A program made the translations under genes and the position numbers. The notes beneath the pieces were generated by a model. The model was not told the origin of the DNA, made no database searches, and worked only from the letters and a program-made list of their open reading frames with translations. Below are positions 34,997 to 44,537 of a DNA stretch of 64,000 nucleotides, piece after piece (within the stretch, counting starts at the first letter, position 1; the number at the start of each line of letters is the position of its first letter). Source of the stretch: Candidatus Bruticola sp. (GTDB lineage: Bacteria; Vulcanimicrobiota; Xenobia; Xenobiales; Xenobiaceae); contig JBJEGD010000026.1 in assembly GCA_051874735.1 (NCBI GenBank), positions 162,247 through 226,246 on the forward strand. Direction: 5' to 3'.

Positions 34997-36958
34997 TTAC
35001 GACATATAGGTATAACGAGCCAAGCTGCTTTCGAAATTATTGAGCAGCTTTTGAGACATCTCTAAAGTTAAAGCATTGTTGCTTAAAGCTTCTTCGCACT
35101 GCTGGCGCATGCGTTCCAAAAGATCGTCTGGATTGTATTGGAAGTAAGACAGTACTTTGCTCATGGTATCGCCCCTCACTATGTGTTCTAGTTTATAGCC
35201 TGAAGGAGTCAGCTTAACTTGAACAGCGTTGGTATCGCCGAAAAGGTTGTGCAGGTTGCCCATAGTTTCCTGATAAGCTCCAACTAAGAACATACCTAAG
35301 TAATAAGGCTCATGGCTAAGACGTTCGGCCGCTTGTCCATCTTCTTCCGTACCATACATATTTACTTCTTGGCCGAAGCGTAAAGAATGGACGTCGAGCA
35401 GGGGACTAACGTCTTCTTTTATATCGATAAATTTATCAATTTTTCCATCTGAATCGCAGGTAAGATCAGCTAAGGTAACTTTTTCATCTGGAGCAGTATC
35501 GAGACGGTGAATGGGGAGTATGGGGAAAAGCTGATCTAGCGCCCAAGAATCGGGGGCAGATTGGAAGACGGATAAATTTACGTAGTAAGTAGTTGAGAGT
35601 AATTTTTCCAAGGTGAAGAAGTCATCACTGGCGTTTCCAGATGAAGCGCGCAGAACTTCGTAGATGCGTCGGCAAGACTGCCAATAAAGTTTTTCTGCCA
35701 GAGTGCGCTGACGCAGAGAAAGTATGCCTAGTTGGAAAGCACTCATGGCTTCATCTTTGAATTGTACCGCATCATGGAAAGATTCTTGAGCATTTTCTAA
35801 GGTTATTCCTTCATAAATTTCTCTCAAAGTTTTTATAATATAATCTTCTTCACCATCAGGCGCAGGAATTTTAAAATTGCCCACTTTGCTCTGGCCGACT
35901 ACATCAAAAACTAAAACTGATTGGTGAGAAGCCAAAGCTCGGCCGCTCTCGCTGATAATAGTGGGCGGTTGAATAGAAGCTAAGCGGCAGGCATCATTGA
36001 TTTCTGCAACTACGTCGTTGGCATAACTTTGCATATTGTAGTTTTTGGAGGCATAGAAATCGCTTTTAGAGCCGTCATAGTCAACCGCGAGTCCGCCGCC
36101 GACGTCGAGGTAACCCATAGGCGCCCCTAATTTCACTAGTTCGGCATATATGCGCCCAGCTTCGCGTAAAGCCCCCTTGATAACACTAATGGCAGAAATT
36201 TGCGAACCTATGTGGAAATGGAGCAGTTTTAAAGTATCCAGCATATTATGGCTGATTAAGATTTGTACTGCTTGATAAATTTCATAGGCGGACATACCGA
36301 ACTTGGCTCTTTCGCCTACACTATTGCCCCAATGGCCTTGGCTTTTGCGGTTCAGCTTAACCCGAAATCCGAAAGAGGCGGGCAGGTTGAGCGCTTTGGC
36401 TGTACGTACAGCTAAGCAAACTTCATCGAGTTGCTCTAATATGATAATAACTTTTTTGCCTAATTTTGAAGCTAAGATTGCTGTTTCCAGATATTCACTA
36501 TCTTTATATCCGTTGCAAGTGATCAGGCATTCTTTTGAATCCATAGCCGAGAGAGCTATAAGTAGCTCTGGTTTAGAACCTGCTTCTAAACCGAATTTGT
36601 GCGGCTGTCCGCATTTGACCAATTCTTCAATAATGTGACGCTGTTGATTGACTTTGACGGGAAAAACTCCGCGATAAACACCTGCATAATTATATTTGGC
36701 TATGGCTCTGGAGAAGGCCGAACTCAAGCGTTCAATTCGATCTTGTAGAATGTCAGGAAAACGCAATAAGATGGGCAGGCCTAGTCCGCGTCCTTTTAGA
36801 GCTTCAATTAAACTGTACAGATCGATAGAACCGCCGCGTTCACCTTGAGGAGAAACGACTAGATGGCCGGTTGAATTTATCGAAAAATACGGAGCTCCCC
36901 AACGCTTTATAGAATAGAGTTCGTCACTTTTATCTATGTTCCAATCAGCAGAATACAT
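34997..36958 (-). CDS. speA: biosynthetic arginine decarboxylase
   Basis: N-terminus YSADWNIDKSDELYSIKRWGAPYFSINSTGHLVV and FPVKVNQQ (PLP Lys) typical of SpeA. ~653 aa. AAGGAA RBS 7 nt before ATG 36958. Confidence 0.93.
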   Translation of the reverse strand: MYSADWNIDKSDELYSIKRWGAPYFSINSTGHLVVSPQGERGGSIDLYSLIEALKGRGLGLPILLRFPDILQDRIERLSSAFSRAIAKYNYAGVYRGVFPVKVNQQRHIIEELVKCGQPHKFGLEAGSKPELLIALSAMDSKECLITCNGYKDSEYLETAILASKLGKKVIIILEQLDEVCLAVRTAKALNLPASFGFRVKLNRKSQGHWGNSVGERAKFGMSAYEIYQAVQILISHNMLDTLKLLHFHIGSQISAISVIKGALREAGRIYAELVKLGAPMGYLDVGGGLAVDYDGSKSDFYASKNYNMQSYANDVVAEINDACRLASIQPPTIISESGRALASHQSVLVFDVVGQSKVGNFKIPAPDGEEDYIIKTLREIYEGITLENAQESFHDAVQFKDEAMSAFQLGILSLRQRTLAEKLYWQSCRRIYEVLRASSGNASDDFFTLEKLLSTTYYVNLSVFQSAPDSWALDQLFPILPIHRLDTAPDEKVTLADLTCDSDGKIDKFIDIKEDVSPLLDVHSLRFGQEVNMYGTEEDGQAAERLSHEPYYLGMFLVGAYQETMGNLHNLFGDTNAVQVKLTPSGYKLEHIVRGDTMSKVLSYFQYNPDDLLERMRQQCEEALSNNALTLEMSQKLLNNFESSLARYTYMS

Positions 36959-36993
36959 ATGCAAGTTCCTTGATACATTGTGAAAGTTAAAGT

Positions 36994-37040
36994 AAAAAAA
37001 CGCAGACTGTGCTTTTACCAGCTACAAGCAAAGCACAGCC
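36994..37040 (-). terminator. rho-independent terminator of the inositol monophosphatase gene
   Basis: On the minus strand, ggctgtgcttt...aaagcacagtc stem followed by tgcgttttttt. Confidence 0.7.
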
Positions 37041-37085
37041 TTACTTTTTAGATGATAATTATCTATTTTACTTAGAGCAATTGCT

Positions 37086-37946
37086 TCAGCGTTTGTAAGT
37101 AGAGTGATCGATGCGTTCTCCTTCTTGAATCCAATAAGGAGAACGACGCAGTGCATCTGAATATTTTGAAGCTGCTTCTAAAAGCTTGGGGTGAATTTTG
37201 CCGTTGGAAGCCATCAAGTCGCGGAAGAGCATATTGTGTGGTTCACCTAAGAAGTCACTCATAGTTCCGCCTGCTTCACGGACAATTAAAGAACCAGCAG
37301 CAATATCCCAGGGAGAAAGGCCTAGCTCCCAATAACCGTCAAAGCGTCCGCAAGCAATGTAGCATAAGTCTAGAGCAGCGGAACCGTCGCGGCGTACCCC
37401 TCTAGCTTTTATAATTAGGTCATGAAACATGCCTAAATGAATGTCTGGAGAGCTGCTTATGTCGTAAGGAAAGCCTGTTACTAATAAAGCATCTTCCAAA
37501 GAGCTGTTGTCGCTGACGTGAATAGGTTGCCCATTTAAAAAGGCTCCTCCTCCCAACGAAGCATAGAAAGCTTCATCATGACAGGGATCGTAAACTACGC
37601 CTACTACTACCCGACCTTCAAGCTCAAAAGCGATCGAAATGGCGAAAAAGGGGTAACCCGAAGCAAAATTGGTGGTGCCATCTAATGGATCGACAATCCA
37701 GCGGCAGGTTGCGTTGCTGCCGGTAATTTCTCCCTGCTCTTCCCCTAAAATACTGTGGCTGGGAAAAGTATCTTTTATAAGTGAAAAAATCAGCTGCTCG
37801 CTGGCTTTATCAACTTCAGTAACTAAATCTATACGACCTTTTTTATCAATTTGGTGAGAGCTGCCGATAGATTTGCGGATCAGTTCTCCCGATTGACGGG
37901 CTGCTTTCAGAGCTAAATCGAGATAAGGCTGATAATTAGTGTTCAT
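37086..37946 (-). CDS. inositol monophosphatase family protein (SuhB-like)
   Basis: ILGEE, WIVDPLDGTTNF and AAGSLIVREAGG motifs. Confidence 0.9.
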   Translation of the reverse strand: MNTNYQPYLDLALKAARQSGELIRKSIGSSHQIDKKGRIDLVTEVDKASEQLIFSLIKDTFPSHSILGEEQGEITGSNATCRWIVDPLDGTTNFASGYPFFAISIAFELEGRVVVGVVYDPCHDEAFYASLGGGAFLNGQPIHVSDNSSLEDALLVTGFPYDISSSPDIHLGMFHDLIIKARGVRRDGSAALDLCYIACGRFDGYWELGLSPWDIAAGSLIVREAGGTMSDFLGEPHNMLFRDLMASNGKIHPKLLEAASKYSDALRRSPYWIQEGERIDHSTYKR

Positions 37947-38088
37947 AATTTCCTGCTATAATTTTTATTGACACAATGAAGGGCGCTCTTCAAAGATTTA
38001 ACTCTTTTAAGAGCGCCCTATTGAACTTATAGGTACTGAGTATGAAGCGTTGAAATCGGAATGATCCGACTCAGTTGGGATCAACTAC

Positions 38089-39540
38089 TTACTTTACTTC
38101 CTGTCCTTGATAATCGTATTTCATGGCGCCTTCGATATTGAGACGCGCTCCGCTGCCAACTTTTCCTTGAAGACTTTCCAGTTGATCCCCTCCCTTAGTG
38201 AGGCGGGTCATCAGCTCGTCGTTGCTCATGTTGGGATCCATAGCTAGAAGCAGACCGGCCGCGCCGGTAACATGGGGAGTGGCCATAGAAGTGCCGCTGT
38301 ATACCGCATAACCTCCGCCAGGAACGGTAGATAGGATGTCTTTACCGGGAGCGGCAATATCAACATTCTTTTCTCCGTAACAAGAGAAACCGGCCAGTTG
38401 ATCGTTGCGGTCTGTAGCTGCTACAGCCAAATTATTCGGCAGATTGTAGTCAGAAGGATAGTGAGGATGAATGTCATTATTCGTGCCGCTGTTGCCGGCA
38501 GACATCATGTGCAGGGCTTCAGAAGAGTTGCGGAAAGCCTCTTCGATAGCAGGGTTAGCCGGGCCGCCTCCCCAAGAATTGGAGGTCAAGCGAGCACCCA
38601 CAGAATTGGCGTAGTTAATACCGCGGATAATTGAAGCTGCATCAGCGCCGCCGTCGTCACTGAATATTTTAACGGGCAGTATTGAAGCTGACCAGTTGAT
38701 GCCACTGATACCCTCGCCATTGTTGCCTACAGCACCAATCGTACCGGCTACGTGAGAACCGTGACCTTGGCGATCCATGACGTCGCCATTTTGCAGGCAG
38801 GCGTTCCACCCGTGATAGTCGTCGATAAAGCCATTGCCGTCGTCGTCAATACCGTTTCCGGGAATTTCCCCCGTGTTGGTATAAATATTGGCGGCTAGAT
38901 CTGGGTGAGTAATATCGACTCCGGTATCAATAACTGCAATTAGCGGACCTTGGCCGTTGGGCATACCGGTAGTAATCTGCCAGGCTTCAGGAGCGTGAAT
39001 ATCGGCGCGAGCTGTACCATTTTTACTACCATCGTTATACATATCCCACTGTTGTTCGAATTTGGCATCGTTGGGGACCTTGCCTTCAGCCAGCTGCTCT
39101 CTAGTGAATTCCTGACCTTTAACTACATCTTCAGCGTGATAAATAGTGTTAGGAACAGCAAATTCGATGTTGGGATCTTGCTGCATTTGGGCTAAAGCTT
39201 CTTCTGTGGTCATGCCTTCCGGAAGCTGGAGTTGCATCATTTCGCCCATATCGGCAGCTTTAACGCGTCCGGGGATTTGGAAATTGTCTAAAACTTTAGC
39301 GCCGTATTTCTCGGCGACATTCTCTGTGTTGGCGCTGGCCAACAAGGAGCCTTTAGTTTTAATTATAACTTGGCCGGGAACAAATTCTCCTAAGGAACTT
39401 TTTTCGGAGCCTAAGCTGACAGAATCGGAGCCTACTTGCGGATTGGTATTCTCAGATTTAGCTTCAGGCTGACCGGCAACCTGAGGAGTGTAAGTGCTCT
39501 GCATCTGGTTGATGCTGTTGGAGCCAATATTAGAGATCAT
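38089..39540 (-). CDS. subtilisin-like serine protease (S8) with I9-like pro-domain, paralog A
   Basis: Asp VIDTGVD, His HGSHVAGTI, Ser GTSMATPHV. Pro-domain-like PGQVIIKTKG...AEKYGAKVL...EEALAQMQQDPNIEFAVPN. AGGAGG RBS 4 nt before the ATG. The N-terminus is polar with no Sec signal. Confidence 0.9.
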   Translation of the reverse strand: MISNIGSNSINQMQSTYTPQVAGQPEAKSENTNPQVGSDSVSLGSEKSSLGEFVPGQVIIKTKGSLLASANTENVAEKYGAKVLDNFQIPGRVKAADMGEMMQLQLPEGMTTEEALAQMQQDPNIEFAVPNTIYHAEDVVKGQEFTREQLAEGKVPNDAKFEQQWDMYNDGSKNGTARADIHAPEAWQITTGMPNGQGPLIAVIDTGVDITHPDLAANIYTNTGEIPGNGIDDDGNGFIDDYHGWNACLQNGDVMDRQGHGSHVAGTIGAVGNNGEGISGINWSASILPVKIFSDDGGADAASIIRGINYANSVGARLTSNSWGGGPANPAIEEAFRNSSEALHMMSAGNSGTNNDIHPHYPSDYNLPNNLAVAATDRNDQLAGFSCYGEKNVDIAAPGKDILSTVPGGGYAVYSGTSMATPHVTGAAGLLLAMDPNMSNDELMTRLTKGGDQLESLQGKVGSGARLNIEGAMKYDYQGQEVK

Positions 39541-39710
39541 GCTGCCTCCTCAATAATTTTTTTCTGTGCACATTCGACTTTTAGCCTTTTTTATTCTCTT
39601 GAAGCTCGTTTGTGCCTTCCTGCTCAGTAAAGGCCTCAAGATAAAAAAGTCGCATATCTTGCTGTTTGATGGCTATAGTCAGCAAATAATTATGTTGTTT
39701 ACAGACAACC

Positions 39711-41210
39711 TTACTGCTGAGCGATATGATACTCGTATTCCATGGCTTTATTGACATTCAGGCGGCCGCCGGAAGAAACTACGTTTTGTAGTCCGTCAAT
39801 CTTATCAGAACCTTCTAGAAGTCGAGTTTTGAGCTCATCGTTGCTCATGGTGGGATCCATAGCCAAAAGTAATCCGGCCGCACCGCTTACATGAGGAGTT
39901 GCCATAGAAGTTCCGCTCTTAGAGGCGTAACCTCCGCCTGGAACTGTGGAGTAAATGTCCTTGCCTGGAGCTGCTATATGGACTGATTCTTTGCCATAGC
40001 AGGAGAATTTGGCTAATTTATCGTTGCGATCGGTAGCTGCTACTGTAATTGAGTTATGTAAAGGATAACTGCCTGGATAGTGCGGCACTTGATCGTTATT
40101 GTCAGCAGAGTTGCCCGCTGCCATAATGTGCAAGGCCTTAGAGTGGGCGAAGGCGTCGCGTATGGCCAAGTTGGCCTCTCCACCTCCCCAGGAGTTGGAA
40201 GTTATGCGAGCACCGTTGTTGGAAGCGTAATTAATGCCGCGTATAATGGCAGCTGCATTAGTGCGTCCGTTGTCGTCAAAAATTTTAACGGGCATAACAG
40301 TTGCCTGCCAATTGACGCCGACAACTCCTTGACCGTTATTACCTTCTGCCGCAATGGTGCCGGCGCAGTGGGTGCCGTGAGAGTGGACATCCATGGGATC
40401 GCCGTTGTCGCTAAAGGCGTTGTAGCCGTGGACGTCGTCAACTACACCGTTGCCGTCGTCGTCTATGCCGTTGCCGGGGATTTCGCCGGGATTAGTCCAA
40501 ATATTATTAACTAAATCGGGATGGTTATAATCGACGCCGGTATCGATTACTGCAATAATTGGTCCTTGTCCGTTGGGAAGGCCAGTAGTTTTCTGCCAAG
40601 CTTGTGTCGCTCCGATATCGACGCCGGGAGTGCCGCCGTCCTGACCGTCGTTCTTTAACCCCCAAAGTTTTGAGTCAAGATCGTTAGGGACTTTACCTTC
40701 AGAGGTGGAGAGTTTAGCGCTAGTTGTTCCAGCTTCGGACGGTACCTCATCTTCTAAGGTATATATAGAGTTGGGGACGGCATATTCAATCTCAGGGTCT
40801 TCCTGCATAACGGCTAAGGCTTGAGCTGTAGTCATGCCTTCTGGTAGTTGCATATGGAGCATCTCACCCTGCATACCCTTGAAGATGCTGGCTTTGTTAT
40901 TAAACTTTTCTAGAACAACTGCACCGTATTTTTGGGCTATGTTGCTGGTACTCTGCATGAGAGTACCTTTTGTTTTGACAATAACTTGACCGGGTACGTG
41001 GGGCTCGAGATCCTGTTCTAATTGGGCCGCTTTAGTACTGGAAGCAGCTAAAGCTTTTTCCAGTTTAGTTTGAGGGCGAATGTCTACCTGATCGGCCTGT
41101 GAAGCCTGACAGTAAACGGTTTCCTCTTGGGGGGGCTGCGCTTTGGCTATAGTAGCAGTGCTGCCCGGCTGCAGATTGGATATGTAAGCAGAGCCAATAC
41201 TGTTGATCAT
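39711..41210 (-). CDS. subtilisin-like serine protease (S8) with I9-like pro-domain, paralog B
   Basis: VIDTGVD, HGTHCAGTI, GTSMATPHV. Start set at ATG 41210 (MINSIGS...) by a GGAGG RBS 4 nt upstream and by alignment with paralog A. The ORF is open to 41252. Confidence 0.88.
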   Translation of the reverse strand: MINSIGSAYISNLQPGSTATIAKAQPPQEETVYCQASQADQVDIRPQTKLEKALAASSTKAAQLEQDLEPHVPGQVIVKTKGTLMQSTSNIAQKYGAVVLEKFNNKASIFKGMQGEMLHMQLPEGMTTAQALAVMQEDPEIEYAVPNSIYTLEDEVPSEAGTTSAKLSTSEGKVPNDLDSKLWGLKNDGQDGGTPGVDIGATQAWQKTTGLPNGQGPIIAVIDTGVDYNHPDLVNNIWTNPGEIPGNGIDDDGNGVVDDVHGYNAFSDNGDPMDVHSHGTHCAGTIAAEGNNGQGVVGVNWQATVMPVKIFDDNGRTNAAAIIRGINYASNNGARITSNSWGGGEANLAIRDAFAHSKALHIMAAGNSADNNDQVPHYPGSYPLHNSITVAATDRNDKLAKFSCYGKESVHIAAPGKDIYSTVPGGGYASKSGTSMATPHVSGAAGLLLAMDPTMSNDELKTRLLEGSDKIDGLQNVVSSGGRLNVNKAMEYEYHIAQQ

Positions 41211-41335
41211 GGAACCTCCGTTGATACTGCAAATAGACTTTGCAGTGAACAAACAATTCTACATTCTTTAGTGTAGGCTAAAATCGTTTTCTACGTGTAA
41301 TCATGAAGTTAACGTTTCGCCGTTATAGTTGGCGG

Positions 41336-41380
41336 AAAAAAAAACAGCTTCGCTTTTCTGCAAGAGACTGAGCGAAGCCG
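41336..41380 (-). terminator. rho-independent terminator of add
   Basis: On the minus strand, gcttcgct...agcgaagc stem followed by a T9 run. Confidence 0.7.
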
Positions 41381-41414
41381 TCAGAAAATAAGATGTTAAG
41401 TAAGCAACCGGAAG

Positions 41415-42638
41415 CTATTCAGCTTTCTGCTGCTGGTTATACTTATCCATGATAGAGTCGTAGTAATTGAGTACTTGGCGTACATATTTGCGTCTCTCAA
41501 CGTAAGGACCTGAGAAGAAGCTGCGCTTGAAACCGTAGACGATCGTATCGCGCAGCTGTCTGGCTGTGAGATCGAAGTTGTTGAGGGCTTGCTCAACTTC
41601 ATCGGTAACGGTTGTGTGGCTGACTAAGCGGTTATCCGTGCATAAGGTGGCTGACAGGTTGTTAGCCAGCATTTTACCGAAGGCATGGTTCTTAACCGAG
41701 CCAATAGAGGGGTTTGTCTGCATATTGCTGGTAATGCACACTTCGATAGTGGTGCGACTGTCAGCAATGTGACGAATGAGGCGCTTTATGTATTGCTGAG
41801 GATCGGCAACATTAGGCCCACAGAGATCGGCAGAGAAGAGATGGTAGCCGTGACCTATGCGGTCGGCATGCAGATCGGTAATAGCTTGGAAAATACTTTC
41901 TGGTCCGTAAGCTTCGCCTGCATGTACAGTTTTATGCATGAAGTTTTTATGAACATAATGGTAAGCTGCCTCATGATCGCTGGCAGGATGGCCCGCTTCA
42001 GCGCCGGCTAAGTCGAAGCCTACAATGGGAATACCTTCCTCGTCGCGCATGCGAACAACAGCTCTGGCTAATTCTAAAGACGCCATTGAATAAATTTCTT
42101 TGGAGGGAGCCTCTCTAAAGACGTCCATCAACTTCGCATAATAAGGCGAACTAGCTGCTACAAAGAAGCGCATAGCACAGGTAATAAGGCCGTAGTGGAA
42201 AGGAGGTTCGCCTTTTTCTGCTACAGCAGGAGAGGAATTGTACTCGGCCTCTGCTTTGGCAAAACCTCTGTTAACGGCACGGATAATGCGTTCTAAAGTT
42301 AGGTTGTTGTTAATATGGAGTTGAGGAGCAAAGCGGGTTTCAATATAGCGCACGCCTTCGTTAATGTTGTCCCAGGCCAATTCGTAAGCACTGCGCTCTA
42401 AAGCTTCTTCATCGTTCAACACGGCGCAAGTGTAGTCGAAGCCCTGCAAATACTCTACCAAGCTGTTGTAATGCGAGCGGAATACTAATTCATTCATGCC
42501 TTCTTCCGTATAGGAAGGTAGCTCAACGTTGCGCTCTTTAGCTAATTCAATTAAGGTGCTTAGACGCAAAGAACCATCGAGGTGCAAGTGCAGGTCAGAT
42601 TTAGGAAGGGCACGGATAATCTCGCGGGGTAATATCAT
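41415..42638 (-). CDS. add: adenosine deaminase
   Basis: LPKSDLHLHLDGS metal-binding start, HAGE, and TDN/D motifs of the adenosine/AMP deaminase family. 407 aa. Confidence 0.9.
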   Translation of the reverse strand: MILPREIIRALPKSDLHLHLDGSLRLSTLIELAKERNVELPSYTEEGMNELVFRSHYNSLVEYLQGFDYTCAVLNDEEALERSAYELAWDNINEGVRYIETRFAPQLHINNNLTLERIIRAVNRGFAKAEAEYNSSPAVAEKGEPPFHYGLITCAMRFFVAASSPYYAKLMDVFREAPSKEIYSMASLELARAVVRMRDEEGIPIVGFDLAGAEAGHPASDHEAAYHYVHKNFMHKTVHAGEAYGPESIFQAITDLHADRIGHGYHLFSADLCGPNVADPQQYIKRLIRHIADSRTTIEVCITSNMQTNPSIGSVKNHAFGKMLANNLSATLCTDNRLVSHTTVTDEVEQALNNFDLTARQLRDTIVYGFKRSFFSGPYVERRKYVRQVLNYYDSIMDKYNQQQKAE

Positions 42639-43074
42639 ATATTCTGTCTTTATCCTCCGTTTTACCTCCTGACCTTCTATCGAATAATGATTTTTTCCTG
42701 CCTAAATAATCCTGTACTTTGTGGGGCATTGTAGAAAAAACGGCCGATAGCTCTGACGGTAGTACAATAAAACATTAGGCAGCCAGCACGATAAGTTTTA
42801 ATATTATTACTTGCATTTTGGGCTGCTTTACGGGTAAAGGAAAATCGTATTTGATTAGAAATAAATAGCCAGTTTACTGCAGTGCAGCTTCTTTAGGGAT
42901 ACCTATGGGTCGGAACATTCGCAGTTTATTGTTTGGTTCGCCAAAATAAAGCTTGTCAGCAACAATTTTTTTTGTTGGAGATAACTTAGTAGATATTATT
43001 GTACGCTTTTGATTGGAAAGTGAGGTTTTTAACCTGAAAGACATACTTTATGTATGGCTGCAGGGAATAACTTG

Positions 43075-43668
43075 ATGAAAAAAAATAGTGACGTAGATAG
43101 TTCTCTCTGTGCTGATCTTCGATCGCTGTCTAGGGCTATAACGCGTCTTTATAACACTTATATGCCCAAAATTTCGGTTAACCGCAAACGCAGTGGCAGT
43201 TTCGGAGGCAATTTCCGAGTACAGTTGCCGATCAGAGTCACTCAAGTGTCTGTTTTGGAAGCTCTTAACGACCTCAGCTGGTGCTGTTCCGATTGTTTGC
43301 CCGAGGATAAAGATGGAGTTTCTCAAGTTGATTTAGCCCAGCATTTGGGTATTGACACTGCTACTATGTGCCGCAACATGAGAGTTTTAGTGCATGAAAA
43401 TGCCTGGGCAGAGGAAAGGCTAAACAAAAAATCCGGACGCGGTAAGTTGCTAAACATTAGTGAGACTGGACGCATGGCACTTCAAGAAGCTCGTCCCAGA
43501 ATTACTCGCCTAGATGCTGAAATTAAGCGGAGAATTCGTGCTAAGGGAATCGATATAGAAAGACTGTCCCAAGATCTCTGTGTCGTTGGAGAAGTGCTAA
43601 AAGAAATGGAATCTATAGATAAAAACAGCGGCTTTTCTGAAGGTGGTTTTTCTCAAATATCTGAATAA
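43075..43668 (+). CDS. MarR-like winged-helix transcriptional regulator with Cys-rich insert
   Basis: VTQVSVLEAL...SQVDLAQHLGIDTATMCRNMRVLVHENAW...GRGKLLNISETGRMAL matches the MarR wHTH layout. AGGGA RBS 8 nt before ATG 43075. The ORF is open from 43054. Confidence 0.65.
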   Translation: MKKNSDVDSSLCADLRSLSRAITRLYNTYMPKISVNRKRSGSFGGNFRVQLPIRVTQVSVLEALNDLSWCCSDCLPEDKDGVSQVDLAQHLGIDTATMCRNMRVLVHENAWAEERLNKKSGRGKLLNISETGRMALQEARPRITRLDAEIKRRIRAKGIDIERLSQDLCVVGEVLKEMESIDKNSGFSEGGFSQISE

Positions 43669-43736
43669 CTAAAAACTTAATTTCTAGTTAGAAGATAGTT
43701 GATTCTTCCAAAACAAGGCAGCTGTTGAGGACGGCA

Positions 43737-43790
43737 AATAAAAACCGATCCTGTTTGGTGCACTATTGAGGCAACAGGATCGGTCTATTT
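43737..43790. terminator. bidirectional terminator between convergent genes
   Basis: aaccgatcctgtt / aacaggatcggt stem with an A-run upstream and a T-run downstream. Confidence 0.65.
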
Positions 43791-44453
43791 TTACTTAGTA
43801 GGCAAATTTTTGATATTGACTTTGGCAGTGGATTGAGCTGCCTGATTGTTTTTGCCTTTTTTATTCGTTTGATTTTGTGGATTAACTTTAACTACCGCTG
43901 AGCCTGGTTGAACTGGCCGAGGGTTGCTTGGAACTACTGCCTGAGGTTCTTGAGGCTTTACTGGAGCTGGAGACGAAGGTACCACTGCTTCCGGATCGCT
44001 AGGTTTTACTGGCGATGGAGCAGTGGGAACTCCTGGTTTAGGGGGAATTGGAATGCCCGCTCTAGGAGTTTGAGGAGGCTTAGAACCAGTTTCCCCTGAG
44101 GGCGGCTTGGTCATTTTTCCTGATACACTTGATGAATTGCCGTTTTCATCGTAAGCATTTTTAATCAGAGACGCCTCTACCTCTGGAGCAGGTTCCCCAG
44201 GCTGAAGTTCTGGATTACTATTGAATTGGACTAGTGTTTCCGCTGTTGCAGAAGAAGGATTCGAGCTGGGAACAGGAGTCGCCTCAATATATTTAGGCGT
44301 TGGGTTGGGAGGCTTGTTTGAAGCCTCCTGGGAAGTGATTACAGATGGATTTGTTCCTTCTGCTGGGGATGAATTCGGTGCAGCACAAGAAATGGCCCCC
44401 ATACTTAGTACCAGAGAACCGATTAGAAGCTTTACAATAGAATTATATCTCAT
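43791..44453 (-). CDS. proline-rich secreted protein, possible lipoprotein
   Basis: Signal peptide with SMGAISC (lipobox-like). The mature part is Pro/Ser/Val-rich with an imperfect tandem repeat P-x-PVKP-x-x-P-x-AVVPS. Confidence 0.6.
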   Translation of the reverse strand: MRYNSIVKLLIGSLVLSMGAISCAAPNSSPAEGTNPSVITSQEASNKPPNPTPKYIEATPVPSSNPSSATAETLVQFNSNPELQPGEPAPEVEASLIKNAYDENGNSSSVSGKMTKPPSGETGSKPPQTPRAGIPIPPKPGVPTAPSPVKPSDPEAVVPSSPAPVKPQEPQAVVPSNPRPVQPGSAVVKVNPQNQTNKKGKNNQAAQSTAKVNIKNLPTK

Positions 44454-44537
44454 ATTTTTATTTGCTTCCTAATTTTTTAAGATACAAACCTGCAGCTGTA
44501 TTCGCAGCTGAAGCCTGAGAAATTAAAGATTACTGAG

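Noticed and set aside
40080-40514. 144-aa antisense ORF and 79-aa alternate-frame ORF within subtilase paralog B, and similar ones in paralog A (38398-39630)
   Set aside because: The annotated frame contains the S8 catalytic triad. The others are Val/Ala-rich artefacts of the GC-richer coding sequence.
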